Of a stretch of DNA of 64,000 bases, positions 1 through 9,669 are shown piece after piece. The stretch spans positions 26,348-90,347 of the IMG/VR virus record IMGVR_UViG_2832576359_000003. The stretch is one strand, 5' to 3'. Numbering within the stretch: the first letter of the stretch is position 1; every line of letters begins with the position of its first letter. Position numbers and translations under genes: made by a program. This stretch comes from a virus. Its lineage: Duplodnaviria; Heunggongvirae; Uroviricota; Caudoviricetes. The notes under the pieces were generated by a model, which was not told where the DNA came from, did no database searches, and saw nothing but the letters and a program-made list of their open reading frames with translations.

Positions 1-28
1 CGGCCACGGCCGGCATTACGGTGACATC

Positions 29-652
29 TTGACCACCAGCTTCGACACCTCTCTTACCGGCTTTCGGTTCGTCCGCTCGCACTTCGGCGACACGCTGCGC
101 GACGTCGCGCTGCGCGAGCTCGGCGACGCCTCGAAGTGGCGTGACCTGGTCGCGATCAACTCGCTGCAGCCGCCGTACCTGACGGATGATTCGACGCTCG
201 CGAGCGACACAGTCCTTCTCAACGGTCGCGACTACATCACGATCCCGGCGAGCGCCGCCGCGGCTGCCACCACCGAGGCCGAGGACGTCTTCGGGACCGA
301 TTGCCTGCTCAACGCCGACGGCACGCTCGGTGTGACTGCGTCCGGCGACTTCGCGACGGTATCGGGCGTTGCCAACCTGCAGCAGGCATTGACGAACGCA
401 GTAGGGGTCGAAAAGAAGGAATTGATCTATCACCCGGACTACGGCTGCATCGTGCGGCAATTGCTTGGCGCGGTCGCCGGGCCGGCCGCCGAGCTTCTAG
501 CGGCCGACGACGTGAAGACGACGGTCGAGGCAGACCCGCGCATCAATTCCGTCACGTCATCGACGGGATCGATCTCGGGCGACTCGATCACCGTTTCGAC
601 CGTCGCCCAAGCCATCAACGGCCAAACCGTGACCACTACCGCGGCTGCTTAG
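29..652 (+). CDS. Baseplate wedge protein W (gp25/GpW-like) with N-terminal LysM-like (tail protein X-like) region
   Basis: C-terminal half carries the gp25/GpW signature (ANLQQALTNAVGVEKKELIYHPDYGCIVRQLLG). N-terminal GDTLRDVALRELGDASKWRDLVAINSL resembles the LysM-like phage tail protein X. Sits directly upstream of baseplate J. Confidence 0.55.
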   Translation: MTTSFDTSLTGFRFVRSHFGDTLRDVALRELGDASKWRDLVAINSLQPPYLTDDSTLASDTVLLNGRDYITIPASAAAAATTEAEDVFGTDCLLNADGTLGVTASGDFATVSGVANLQQALTNAVGVEKKELIYHPDYGCIVRQLLGAVAGPAAELLAADDVKTTVEADPRINSVTSSTGSISGDSITVSTVAQAINGQTVTTTAAA

Positions 653-714
653 CGCTCGCACTCGATGTGTCGTGATTCGAAGCTCACCCGGAAGAAGATT
701 CCAGAGGTGAGCGA

Positions 715-1863
715 GTGGCCAGCTTCCAGCTAAAAAATTTCGTTAGCATTTGTGCGAGCATGATCAACCGCATGAAGGCGACCCAAACGGTAGTTACCGA
801 TTACAACGTCGGCGCGGTCGCGCGCACGCTTATCGAAGCGCCCGCGATCGAACTCGAGGAGTTGTATCAGCAGTCGTTCAACATGGTGACCGCTGCAATT
901 CCTGTGTCGGTCTATAAGTCGTTCAATTTCACGGCGCTCGCCGCGATCGCCGCGAGTGGGCTGATTCGGACGACGATCGCTGCGCAGCAGACGGACCAGC
1001 GTATTTCGGCAGGAACGCAGTTCGCAACGACTTCGACCAGCTCCGTATATGTCGCGAGCACGGATACGACGATCGCCGCCGGCGACACGTATGCCGACGT
1101 TCAGGTGGCGTGCTCCGCGACCGGGAGCGCTGGCAATCTGGCAGCGAATCAGTCGTTCACGACCACGCCAACGATTACGGGGTTTGTGAGTGCGACGAAT
1201 CTTTCCCCGTTCACGAGCGGGCGCGATGCAGAAACCGCCGACCAAACGCTGCAGCGCTTCAACGACTACATCTCGACGCTGCCGCGCGGCACGACCGCAT
1301 CGCTGTCGTACGGCCTATCGACCGCCCAGGTCACGGACTCGAATGGCAACGCAATCGAGACGGTTGCCCTGTCGCTCGTCGATGAGCCCTACACGCGTGA
1401 CGCCACGCAGCCGATCGCGCTGGTCAACCTCTACATCTTCAACGGCGTCGGGAGCACGTCCGCGGCGCTGGTCGCGGCCGCGCAAAAGATCATCGACGGC
1501 TACACCCAGACCGACGGTACGAAGGTAGCCGGATACAAGGCCGCCGGCGTGCCCACCACCGTCTATGCGGCAACCGAACAGGACTTGAATTTCTCGGCAG
1601 AGCTTGAAATCGATACCGATCTGACCGATTGGGCTACGGCGGAAGCTGCTGCGACAACGGCGATCGACTCGTACCTGCTGGGGCTTCCATTCAACGCGAC
1701 GGCCGTCGTCGCGAAAATGGAAGCGCTGCTCATGGGCATCACCGGGGTGACCGATGTTCCCAGCATGAGCCTGACCGCGAACGTCACGGGGGGCATCGGC
1801 GTCAAGCTCATGGCCGGCACGTTGTCCTTTACGCAGGCTGCGACGACGGAGGCCACATCGTGA
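715..1863 (+). CDS. Baseplate J-like protein (Mu gp47 / P2 gpJ family)
   Basis: 382 aa. Position and overall character match the baseplate J family, between the W-like gene and the tail fibre. Confidence 0.65.
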   Translation: MASFQLKNFVSICASMINRMKATQTVVTDYNVGAVARTLIEAPAIELEELYQQSFNMVTAAIPVSVYKSFNFTALAAIAASGLIRTTIAAQQTDQRISAGTQFATTSTSSVYVASTDTTIAAGDTYADVQVACSATGSAGNLAANQSFTTTPTITGFVSATNLSPFTSGRDAETADQTLQRFNDYISTLPRGTTASLSYGLSTAQVTDSNGNAIETVALSLVDEPYTRDATQPIALVNLYIFNGVGSTSAALVAAAQKIIDGYTQTDGTKVAGYKAAGVPTTVYAATEQDLNFSAELEIDTDLTDWATAEAAATTAIDSYLLGLPFNATAVVAKMEALLMGITGVTDVPSMSLTANVTGGIGVKLMAGTLSFTQAATTEATS

Positions 1864-2966
1864 AGCTGACGAAGACGCTGCTTCGGTTCCTCCACAAGAA
1901 ATTCAAAAAGGATCCGCTTCCGTTCAACGCCTTCACGATCACCTGTGATGGCAGCGACCTCGCTTGGGTCGTGGCAGATGACGTTCTGACGCTCACGCCG
2001 ACCGGTGGACAGGCTTCGGCGCTAACCGTCGATCTGTCCGCTTATACGCTGCTCCAGCTCGTGCAGTACTTGGCCTCGGAGCCCGGGTACAACTTGAGCG
2101 CGCTGTCGAGCGACTATCGCGATCTGTCGTCGCTCGTTCTGCTCGACGGCAGCGGTGCGGTGTCAGCGGGCACCAACACGCTGACTGGCTACACCAACGT
2201 CCTCTATGCGCTGATGGAGGCGAACGCGCGCGAGCTTCAAACCGCGCACGATGCGATCGATACGCTGCCTGATCAGATGGCGACCACGACGGCGGCCGGC
2301 GACTTCCTGGATTTGCTCGGATCGTATTACAACGTGCCGCGCGCGACGGGCGAGCTCGACGCAGTGTATGGTCCGCGAATCATCGCGACTGTGTTGCGCC
2401 CGGCGAGCAACAACGTCGCGCTCGAAATGGCGATCGAGACGTACACGGGGCAATCCGCAACGGTGACCGACGTCGTCACAAGCGGTGTGACGGGCAGCGT
2501 GTACAACTCGGACCACGACTTCGACGGTTCGATCGACTACAACGCAGTATCGACGAACGTCTATGGTCTGTTCGATGTCTCATACGCCTACGATCTGATC
2601 AACGGCGGTGACCTGACCTCGTTCCAGACAACGGTTGTCTCGCTCATCAATACGCTTCGCGCCGCCGGCACGCACATGCGCTCGATCGCGCTGACGGGAT
2701 CGGTGCTCAGCGACACGCTCACGCCACCGACTGACTCGTTCCATACGCTCGGCGTCGGCGTTCCATTCGCCGACACACTGACGAGCCCAACCGAAAGCAT
2801 GTCGGTGATGCCGACGAGGCTTGCACAGCTTTCGGACACACTGACGACGCCAACCGACGCCGCTTCGATGACGGTCTCCTACAACTATGACTATAGCGGG
2901 CTTCGCTCTTACAACGGCGTGATCGAACACCTCGGCGGGTTCGCGATCACTGAAGATCTCGCATAG
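1860..2966 (+). CDS. Tail/baseplate protein at the Mu gp48 / P2 gpI position
   Basis: In-frame GTG at 1860 overlaps the stop of baseplate J. The longer ORF from 1629 would overlap the J gene and is rejected. Syntenic position between baseplate J and the tail fibre. Confidence 0.4.
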   Translation: MKLTKTLLRFLHKKFKKDPLPFNAFTITCDGSDLAWVVADDVLTLTPTGGQASALTVDLSAYTLLQLVQYLASEPGYNLSALSSDYRDLSSLVLLDGSGAVSAGTNTLTGYTNVLYALMEANARELQTAHDAIDTLPDQMATTTAAGDFLDLLGSYYNVPRATGELDAVYGPRIIATVLRPASNNVALEMAIETYTGQSATVTDVVTSGVTGSVYNSDHDFDGSIDYNAVSTNVYGLFDVSYAYDLINGGDLTSFQTTVVSLINTLRAAGTHMRSIALTGSVLSDTLTPPTDSFHTLGVGVPFADTLTSPTESMSVMPTRLAQLSDTLTTPTDAASMTVSYNYDYSGLRSYNGVIEHLGGFAITEDLA

Positions 2967-3006
2967 TCGTGACACGAGACTGACCTCCAAATGATCGGAG
3001 GTCTAA

Positions 3007-3459
3007 GTGTTTCGTTTCCGCGAAAAATCGCGTCCGCCTACCGGGCGCCTCTCCTACAAGGTGTTTCGAAAGGGCGCGCTCATCGAGGAATTCGATGATC
3101 ACAACCTGATCGTCATCGGTTCCCAAGCCACGCATGCGCACCTTCTTGGCGGCGACGTCGCAAATCGAAGCCTGACGCAGATTGGCTTCGGAACCAACGC
3201 GACGGCCGAGGTATTCGCGAATGCCGCGCTGACGGGCGCGTACATGAACAGCCTAGGCACGCCGACCTATCCGGCTACCAACGAGGTCAGCTTTCCGTTC
3301 TCGCTTGGTTCTGCCGACGTCAACGCGTTTGGGCTCTCGATCTCCGAATTCGGTTTGCTGACTGCCGGCGGCGTTCTATACGCACGCCGCACGCGCGCAT
3401 TGCCTCTCAACTTCAACAGCGACCTGTCTCTCTCCGGGACGTGGGTCATTTCGTTCTGA
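3007..3459 (+). CDS. Hypothetical tail-associated protein
   Basis: 150-aa ORF between the baseplate genes and the tail fibre. No recognisable motif. Confidence 0.35.
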   Translation: MFRFREKSRPPTGRLSYKVFRKGALIEEFDDHNLIVIGSQATHAHLLGGDVANRSLTQIGFGTNATAEVFANAALTGAYMNSLGTPTYPATNEVSFPFSLGSADVNAFGLSISEFGLLTAGGVLYARRTRALPLNFNSDLSLSGTWVISF

Positions 3460-3470
3460 GGCCGCGATAA

Positions 3471-4682
3471 ATGGCAAATCAACCGGAAGTCGCGGAATAC
3501 GATGCTGGCGTATATCAGCTCGAAGTCTCAGATCCTGTTCAAGGTGGCGTGGGAGGGCTCGCGAACGCGCCGCTGCTGAACCTCGCCAATCGGACGGCGT
3601 GGCTCTATACGCAAGTGAACAGCCTGCTCGGCGGAACGGTTATCCCGCCCACGGTTGCTCCGATCAACTCGCCGACCTTCACCGGGTCGCCGGCCGCTCC
3701 GACTCCGGCGCTCGGAGACAACTCGACGAAGCTCGCGACGACGGCCTTCGTGCAAAACACGGTCAGCGGCGAGATTTCCGTGCCGGTCGCGGGCGGCGCG
3801 AACGTCACGCTTTCGGCGGTGCAGGCTGGTAACGGCGTGCTGAATCTGACTGGAGCGCTGACAGCGAACATCGCGGTCATCGTGCCGGGGCAAGGGAAGT
3901 GGACCGTCCTCAATAAGACGACGGGCGCGTACACGCTCACTGTCAAGACGGCCGCAGGCACGGGCATCGCGGTCACGCAAGGGTACTCGCAGAATCTGTG
4001 GTCGGACGGCACCAACGTCTACACGCAGGTTACCGACTTCCCCAGCCTGGTCTTGACCGGAACGCCGACGGCGCCGACGGCGGCCGCCGGCACGAACACA
4101 ACCCAGATCGCCACCACGGCGTTTGTCACAAGCGCGGTGAGCACGGCAACGAGTGGGCTCGCACCGCTCGCTTCGCCAACCTTCACCGGCACGCCGGCCG
4201 CGCCGACTGCGACGGCTGGCACGAACACGACTCAGCTTGCGACAACGGCATTCGTGACGGCGGCGATCACGGGTGTGACGACGGGCTTCGCGCCCCTCGC
4301 GTCGCCCGCATTCACCGGTACGCCGACCGCGCCAACCGCCGTTTACGGGACGAGCAATACGCAGCTCGCGACGACGGCATTCGTGGCGAACAATTATGCG
4401 GCGCTCGCTTCGTTCACGGCTTCAATCGCGTTGCCTGGCTATCAGAAGCTGCCGAGCGGTCTCATCATGCAGTGGCTCTACTTCACCGCATCGGCATCGT
4501 TGACCTTGCAGCTGGCGACGCTACCTATCGCCTTTCCAACCGCCATCTTGGCGATCATCGCGAGTTCGGTCTCTACGAACAGCCCGGTTTATAGCCAGAA
4601 GTACGGGACCTCACTCACGCAGATTTACGTCGCGAGCCAGAACGCGTCGGGTGCTGGCTACGTTCTTGTTATCGGATACTAA
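3471..4682 (+). CDS. Tail fibre protein with tandem collar-like repeats
   Basis: At least 4 tandem copies of the motif SPTFTGTPAAPTA-GTNTTQLATTAFV, typical of P2 gpH-like fibres. Followed by a chaperone-like gene. Confidence 0.75.
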   Translation: MANQPEVAEYDAGVYQLEVSDPVQGGVGGLANAPLLNLANRTAWLYTQVNSLLGGTVIPPTVAPINSPTFTGSPAAPTPALGDNSTKLATTAFVQNTVSGEISVPVAGGANVTLSAVQAGNGVLNLTGALTANIAVIVPGQGKWTVLNKTTGAYTLTVKTAAGTGIAVTQGYSQNLWSDGTNVYTQVTDFPSLVLTGTPTAPTAAAGTNTTQIATTAFVTSAVSTATSGLAPLASPTFTGTPAAPTATAGTNTTQLATTAFVTAAITGVTTGFAPLASPAFTGTPTAPTAVYGTSNTQLATTAFVANNYAALASFTASIALPGYQKLPSGLIMQWLYFTASASLTLQLATLPIAFPTAILAIIASSVSTNSPVYSQKYGTSLTQIYVASQNASGAGYVLVIGY

Positions 4683-4685
4683 GCA

Positions 4686-5246
4686 ATGGGACAGAAATAC
4701 GCCGCCTACGATTCGACCGGCGCCATCGTGGGGTTCTACGACAGCGAAGACAGTCCGGTTCCGACCGGTACGAATGTGATCGAAATTACGGATGCGCAGT
4801 GGTCGGCTGCGATCCAAAACACGACCGGCTTCAAGGTTGTCAGCGGTGTGCTCGTCTCGGTGACCCCGACCGCGGCCCAGCTGCTCGCCACGGCGCAAAC
4901 CACGCAGAAGCTGGTCATCGACGCCGCCTATGCGGATGCGATCCAGCAGAACGTTTCGTTCACCACGGCGGCCGGCGTAACGGAGACATTCGAGGCCGAC
5001 AGCGACAGCCAGACGCTCCTCGTATCGGCAACTCAGGGCTATACGATCGCCGGTGCGACGCCGGCTGGGTTCTATTGGGTCGCGGCCGACAATACGCAGG
5101 TACCGTTCACGCTCGCCGATCTGACGGGGCTCTACCAAGCGACGCTCGCGCAAGGTTGGGAAGCGTTTCAAAAACGCCAGACCCTGAAGTCGCAGATCGA
5201 TGCTGCGACGACTGTCGCCACGGTGCAAGCAATCACCTGGTCATGA
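4686..5246 (+). CDS. Tail fibre assembly chaperone (gpG-like)
   Basis: 186-aa ORF immediately after the tail fibre, start 4 nt after the fibre stop. Call is positional. Confidence 0.45.
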   Translation: MGQKYAAYDSTGAIVGFYDSEDSPVPTGTNVIEITDAQWSAAIQNTTGFKVVSGVLVSVTPTAAQLLATAQTTQKLVIDAAYADAIQQNVSFTTAAGVTETFEADSDSQTLLVSATQGYTIAGATPAGFYWVAADNTQVPFTLADLTGLYQATLAQGWEAFQKRQTLKSQIDAATTVATVQAITWS

Positions 5247-5680
5247 AATTCGCCTTCTACAAAGGCAATTCATCGCTACTCGACAAGCTCATCAGCTGGT
5301 GGATGCGCGGCCCGTACTCGCACGTCGAGGTTATTCTCGGCGAGGGGCCGCGCGGAACGTACACCATCGCGTCGTCTGTCCCCGGTATCGGCGTGCGAAT
5401 CGCGACGCATCAGACGTTGCCGCTCGACGAGTGGGACATCATCGACGGTCCCGGCAATATCGATGCCGCGCGCGCGTGGTTCGAGAAGCGAGTCGGCGCG
5501 CCGTATGACTACGTCGGGCTCCTCGGCTTCGTGCTGCGCCCCGCGACCGGCGACGCGCGCGGGAAATACTGGTGCAGCGAAGCAGCGCTTGAGGCGATCG
5601 GCTTCCCGGGTGCGTGGCGTTACGACCCGAACGCGATGTTCGACGTGATCACGTACAGCGCGCGAGCAGCTCGGGCGTAA
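5243..5680 (+). CDS. Permuted papain-like (NlpC/P60 / YiiX-like) putative hydrolase
   Basis: ATGA overlap with the upstream gene. His in YSHVEV comes before Cys in KYWCSEAA, a His-then-Cys order consistent with permuted NlpC/P60 amidases. Confidence 0.4.
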   Translation: MKFAFYKGNSSLLDKLISWWMRGPYSHVEVILGEGPRGTYTIASSVPGIGVRIATHQTLPLDEWDIIDGPGNIDAARAWFEKRVGAPYDYVGLLGFVLRPATGDARGKYWCSEAALEAIGFPGAWRYDPNAMFDVITYSARAARA

Positions 5681-5699
5681 GGAAAATGCAGCAGGAACC

Positions 5700-5745
5700 G
5701 GGGCCGCCTTCGCGCGGCCTTTTCGTTTTTGTCGTGACGACAGAC
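5700..5745 (+). terminator. Rho-independent terminator after the tail-fibre operon
   Basis: GC hairpin GGCCGCcttcgcGCGGCC followed by TTTTCGTTTTT. Confidence 0.5.
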
Positions 5746-5796
5746 TGATCGCGTGGCCTCACAACGGGCATCGATCAATCATCGCAAACATCAAAA

Positions 5797-6114
5797 ATGA
5801 ACATGGATTTGCTGCCAGTTATTCAGGCCATCTGGGCGGTTCTCGTGTTGGTGCTTATGGCCTTCTCGACCGTCTTGTGGTTTCTGTTCATGTCCGTACG
5901 CGCTGACGCACGCAAGGCTAACGATGGGCTCGCCGAGCACCGGGTGTATTGCGCCGAAAACTACGTCACGTCTAAGGAACTCACTGAGTCGATCGGCGCG
6001 CTGAATCAGACAATCGATCGCCTCATTGCGGCGGTGAATACCAACATGGAGGAGACGCGGCGCGCGCTCTCCGAAATTCACCGCCGCGTCGACACAGTGG
6101 CCGCCGGCAAATGA
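5797..6114 (+). CDS. Small membrane protein, putative holin/lysis regulator
   Basis: N-terminal transmembrane segment (LLPVIQAIWAVLVLVLMAF) plus a coiled-coil tail. Stop overlaps the start of the endolysin. Confidence 0.4.
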   Translation: MNMDLLPVIQAIWAVLVLVLMAFSTVLWFLFMSVRADARKANDGLAEHRVYCAENYVTSKELTESIGALNQTIDRLIAAVNTNMEETRRALSEIHRRVDTVAAGK

Positions 6115-6680
6115 ACGACGACCTCGTACTCACCGCGGACGACCTCTCGCTCACGAAAAGCGCTGAGGCCTGCTATCTCACCGCGTACCCGGACCCCGCC
6201 TCGGCGCTCGCGCAGAAGCTTGTCGCGCTCGGCCTGTGGGCACAGACGCTTCGCGGCGTCGCGATCCCCGCGTCAGTGCTCGCGCTCGGGCTGATCGGCG
6301 CGCCGTGGACGATCGGATATGGGCACACCGGACCCGAAGTGCATCAGGGCCTCGTGTGGACTCAGCCGCAAGCGGATGCCGCGTTGCTGGCCGACATGAG
6401 CGCCGTGCAGGCAAATGTGCGCGCGCACGTCACGGTCGCGCTGACGAAGCCGGAGTTCGTCGCGCTTTGCGACTTTGCATACAACGTCGGGACCGGGAAT
6501 TTCGACACATCAACGCTGTTGAAGCTGCTCGACGCGGGCGACTTCGAGGGCGCGGCCGCGCAATTCGCGCGATGGAATCTGGCCGGCGGCGTCGTTCTCG
6601 CTGGCCTTGTGAAGCGGCGCGGGGCGGAAGCTGCGCTGTTCCTGTCAGGACTGGTCCAAGCGACGACGGCGACGACCTAA
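6111..6680 (+). CDS. Endolysin, GH24 phage lysozyme (lambda R / T4 lysozyme family)
   Basis: SAEACYLTAYPD(P) catalytic Glu/Asp/Thr region and GYGHTG motif. Sits in the lysis cassette. Confidence 0.8.
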   Translation: MNDDLVLTADDLSLTKSAEACYLTAYPDPASALAQKLVALGLWAQTLRGVAIPASVLALGLIGAPWTIGYGHTGPEVHQGLVWTQPQADAALLADMSAVQANVRAHVTVALTKPEFVALCDFAYNVGTGNFDTSTLLKLLDAGDFEGAAAQFARWNLAGGVVLAGLVKRRGAEAALFLSGLVQATTATT

Positions 6681-6700
6681 GTGATAGAGGGAGGAAGGGT

Positions 6701-7072
6701 ATGTGGGGGCTCATTCGGTCGCATTGCCGGATGCCTCAGTTCGAGTTTGTGCGCACCTTCATGCGCCACATTCTCACGGAAGCAGACGGCGAGTCGTATG
6801 ACCTGATTCGCGTATTGGCTCTGTGCTTCGGCGCGAGCTTCGCTATCGGTGGCATGGGCGGCTTCGGCGTGATCGTCGCGTGGGGCGTGCGGCAGTTGAC
6901 GCATCACGCGCTCGATGTCGGCGCGTACTCGACGGCGCTGGCGACCTCATTCGGGGCGTTCGCCGCGGGCTGCGCGACGCTGATGCCCGCGATCGGCTTC
7001 GCTCTCGCGAAGCGCGCTCAGGGCGAGGGGCCATCGGTGCCTGACAAACCAGCAGAGGGAGGTGAGAAGTGA
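6701..7072 (+). CDS. Membrane protein, putative holin/antiholin
   Basis: 124 aa with 2-3 hydrophobic helices (LALCFGASFAIGGMGGFGVIVAWGV...) directly after the endolysin. Confidence 0.4.
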   Translation: MWGLIRSHCRMPQFEFVRTFMRHILTEADGESYDLIRVLALCFGASFAIGGMGGFGVIVAWGVRQLTHHALDVGAYSTALATSFGAFAAGCATLMPAIGFALAKRAQGEGPSVPDKPAEGGEK

Positions 7073-7587
7073 TTTCGTTTTTGATTGCGCATTGGGTGTG
7101 GTTCTCGGGCGGCGGCGCTGCGCTCGTTTTTAGCCTCGTGGCGGGCCTGCTCAGTTGGATCGGGCCTACCGCTCTGATCGCGAACTGGAAAGCCATTCTC
7201 GGCGCCATCGTCGCGGTCGTCGTGCTCGGCGTGATTCTGGTCCTGTACGCGTTGCTCGAACACACGAAGGCCGCGCTCGCGGCCGAGCAGCTCGCTTACT
7301 CGAAGCTCAACGGGAACTACCAGATCGTGCTCGGCGAGAACGCGACGCTCGGCGCCGACAACCTGAAGCTGTCGTCGACGGCGGCCCTGCAGACGGCTAC
7401 CGTCAAGGCGATCGCGGCCCAAGGGGCGCAGGCCAAGCAAGATGCCGCAGCGGCCGTCGCAGCGGCGCTGGCTGCTCAGACGTCCGATCGCGCGACGATC
7501 GCGCGGCTGACCGCGCGTATCAATGATCCGAGTTCGAAGAATGGAGGTTGCGAAAATGAAATCGCTGCTCTGCGCGCTGCTCTGTAG
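7069..7587 (+). CDS. Inner-membrane spanin-like protein (Rz-like)
   Basis: N-terminal hydrophobic segments then an Ala/Gln-rich coiled-coil. The o-spanin gene starts inside its 3' end in another frame. Confidence 0.45.
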   Translation: MISFLIAHWVWFSGGGAALVFSLVAGLLSWIGPTALIANWKAILGAIVAVVVLGVILVLYALLEHTKAALAAEQLAYSKLNGNYQIVLGENATLGADNLKLSSTAALQTATVKAIAAQGAQAKQDAAAAVAAALAAQTSDRATIARLTARINDPSSKNGGCENEIAALRAAL

Positions 7588-7879
7588 CGCGGCGCTCGCC
7601 GCGTGTGCATCCGGGCCCGCGATCGCGCCGGCACCAGTGCTCGACGTGAAGGTCCAAACGGTGGACGTTCCGACGCCGGTCGCATGCGTCGACAAGGTGC
7701 CGGACAAGCCGGCTCTCCTGTCCGATCAAGACCTGCTCGCAGGGAGCGGTGCTCAGGTCGTTGACCAGCTATGGCGCGACCACGTGCAGCGCCGCGACTA
7801 CGAGGCCGTGCTCGAGCCGATCGTATCGAAATGCGCGGCGATCCCGGTCGCGGCATCGGCGCCAGCGGCAATACCGTAG
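7556..7879 (+). CDS. Outer-membrane lipoprotein spanin (Rz1-like)
   Basis: MKSLLCALLCSAALAAC signal peptide with lipobox. RBS GGAGG upstream. Overlaps the 3' end of the i-spanin gene. Confidence 0.5.
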   Translation: MKSLLCALLCSAALAACASGPAIAPAPVLDVKVQTVDVPTPVACVDKVPDKPALLSDQDLLAGSGAQVVDQLWRDHVQRRDYEAVLEPIVSKCAAIPVAASAPAAIP

Positions 7880-7897
7880 CCCGACCGGAAGCCGGCC

Positions 7898-7936
7898 GAA
7901 ATGCCCCGCAATTTGCGGGGCATTTTTGTTTGACCT
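7898..7936 (+). terminator. Rho-independent terminator after the lysis cassette
   Basis: GCCCCGCAAAtttGCGGGGC hairpin followed by ATTTTTGTTT. Confidence 0.6.
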
Positions 7937-7990
7937 GCGCGCCGAAAATGTGCGTGTGCGCGCCGCGCTGCCGTATCCTCTGGCCTGCAC

Positions 7991-8248
7991 ATGCAGGGGT
8001 GGAACGATATGGACGACGCGCTTGAATTCTTCCTCGAACGCGCTGCGATCATGCAGTACGACGGCGGTAAGGACCTGGCAGACGCAGAATTTGCGGCGCT
8101 GAGCCGCACTCGTGTGTACTGCGAGCGTATGGGCATCACGCAGCCCAAGACCGACTATTTCGCGCGGTTCCGCCTCTATCGAATCGACTGGTCGGAATCC
8201 GAGGGAAGGGGCGTCTACGTGCGCGAGACCGTGGACGGAAAATTCTGA
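7991..8248 (+). CDS. Hypothetical protein
   Basis: 85-aa ORF, no motif recognised. Confidence 0.35.
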   Translation: MQGWNDMDDALEFFLERAAIMQYDGGKDLADAEFAALSRTRVYCERMGITQPKTDYFARFRLYRIDWSESEGRGVYVRETVDGKF

Positions 8249-8250
8249 AG

Positions 8251-8478
8251 TTAGCCCTTGAGCGTTATGGAGCGTCCAGCCGTTCCGCGGTCGCGACCCG
8301 CTGACGAGTAGTGATCGACCTCATCGAATCGAAATGTCGCTTCCCTGAGGCGACCCTTCACTTTCTTCTGGCATTTCAGAGTGTCGTGCTCGATTTCCAA
8401 GATTTTCCAAACCTGCGCCGTGGTCTTATGGCGCACGGAGCGTCCGACAATAAACGGTTGAGTGGCAGCGTCCGGCAT
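8251..8478 (-). CDS. Hypothetical protein
   Basis: 75-aa ORF, no motif recognised. Confidence 0.3.
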   Translation of the reverse strand: MPDAATQPFIVGRSVRHKTTAQVWKILEIEHDTLKCQKKVKGRLREATFRFDEVDHYSSAGRDRGTAGRSITLKG

Positions 8479-8536
8479 TTACATCTCCCCTGATATTTCA
8501 GTTTTCGAGAAAAACGCAGCGAGCGCTGTACGCGTG

Positions 8537-8902
8537 TTAAACCGCCTCGCCAATCAATACGCTCGCGGGAATATTCAGTCCTTGATGCAAGCGTCGGATC
8601 ATCGGAAGCGTTAGGTGTCGGCGGCCGTTCAGAATCTCGTACACACGATGCTTGGGCCCGATATATTCGGCCATGTCTTGTACACCGAGGCCTGCTTGCT
8701 CCATCCGGAATCGAATCGCCTCAATTGGATCGGGACGTTCCATCGGGAAGTGCTCGGCCTCATACCGCTCGACGAGAATAGAGAGGATTTCGAGCTCGTC
8801 GCCGTCGGGCGTGCCAACTTCGGGATCCATATCGACGAGCGCGGACACACGTACGAGAGTGGCCTCGTAGTCTACTTCGCTATGAAGAGGGCGGATTTCC
8901 AT
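8537..8902 (-). CDS. higA: HigA antitoxin (XRE-family HTH)
   Basis: MEIRPLHSEVDYEATL...PDPIEAIRFRMEQAGL matches the HigA consensus. Lies immediately downstream of the HigB-like gene. Confidence 0.75.
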   Translation of the reverse strand: MEIRPLHSEVDYEATLVRVSALVDMDPEVGTPDGDELEILSILVERYEAEHFPMERPDPIEAIRFRMEQAGLGVQDMAEYIGPKHRVYEILNGRRHLTLPMIRRLHQGLNIPASVLIGEAV

Positions 8903-8905
8903 CTT

Positions 8906-9208
8906 TTACTCCGGTTCAACAGTCGCGGCGTCGATCGCATCATATTCAGCGTGAGTGCCGATGAATTTGACGTACACAATGCCGACGCGATAAGCGATGG
9001 CAACGACCAATCGATAATCGTTACCCTTAATATTGAAGACAACTCGGTTGTTGCCAACGAAGCTGGCATTCCGATATTGGTCTTTGACGTCCTGCGGCTT
9101 CGTCCATCTTGCCCGGGAAGCTTCCTCATACCACGCCATCAGCGCCGGAGCGGCGTCTTGATTGTTGGCTATGAAAGCGGTCAGGGTTCTTTTGGCTACG
9201 ATTCGCAT
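8906..9208 (-). CDS. higB: HigB toxin (RelE/ParE superfamily)
   Basis: MRIVAKRTL...FNIKGNDYRLVV...FIGTHAEYDAID matches the HigB family consensus. Toxin-first higBA order. Confidence 0.75.
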   Translation of the reverse strand: MRIVAKRTLTAFIANNQDAAPALMAWYEEASRARWTKPQDVKDQYRNASFVGNNRVVFNIKGNDYRLVVAIAYRVGIVYVKFIGTHAEYDAIDAATVEPE

Positions 9209-9330
9209 AGCCTCACTATAGTCCCATCCTGGGACTTGTCAAACAAATTCGTTGGGGAGCCGCTCCAACATGGCTCCAGCATTACTTTACATAATGCAAT
9301 TTGTTGCTCAGACAGAATCTGATCCGGCAG

Positions 9331-9669
9331 TCAGCCTCTGATCAACTCGGGGCGCCATTCACGCACGATCGCCTCGAACTGAGATCCATAGCCCAGCGTG
9401 TCCGGGTAGCTGTGCGAGCGCGAGGCGAGTCGAAACACCACGCACATGTCATCGACGATGTCGTCATCAACACCCCACGCGGTCGTCAAATCGTATTTGC
9501 CGCACTCCGCGGAATTCCACCACGCGAGCAAAAAGTCAGCGACGCTGCGACTTTGGCCTGTATTGCCTTGTGCTCGCGATATCAGCCGCTCGAGCGCCGC
9601 CTTCTCCGCTGGTTGCAAGTGTTCGGAACGCATCGTTGATCCCCCTATTCCTTCGAAAGTAAATCTCAA
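9331..9669 (-). CDS. Hypothetical protein (downstream of trfA)
   Basis: 112-aa ORF. Start may instead be the internal Met near 9633. Confidence 0.35.
   Translation of the reverse strand: MRFTFEGIGGSTMRSEHLQPAEKAALERLISRAQGNTGQSRSVADFLLAWWNSAECGKYDLTTAWGVDDDIVDDMCVVFRLASRSHSYPDTLGYGSQFEAIVREWRPELIRG

Noticed and set aside
1629-2966. Longer 445-aa version of the gp48-like gene starting at 1629.
   Set aside because: Would overlap baseplate J by 230 nt in another frame with a His/Gly/Arg-rich N-terminus. The GTG at 1860 overlapping the J stop is preferred.
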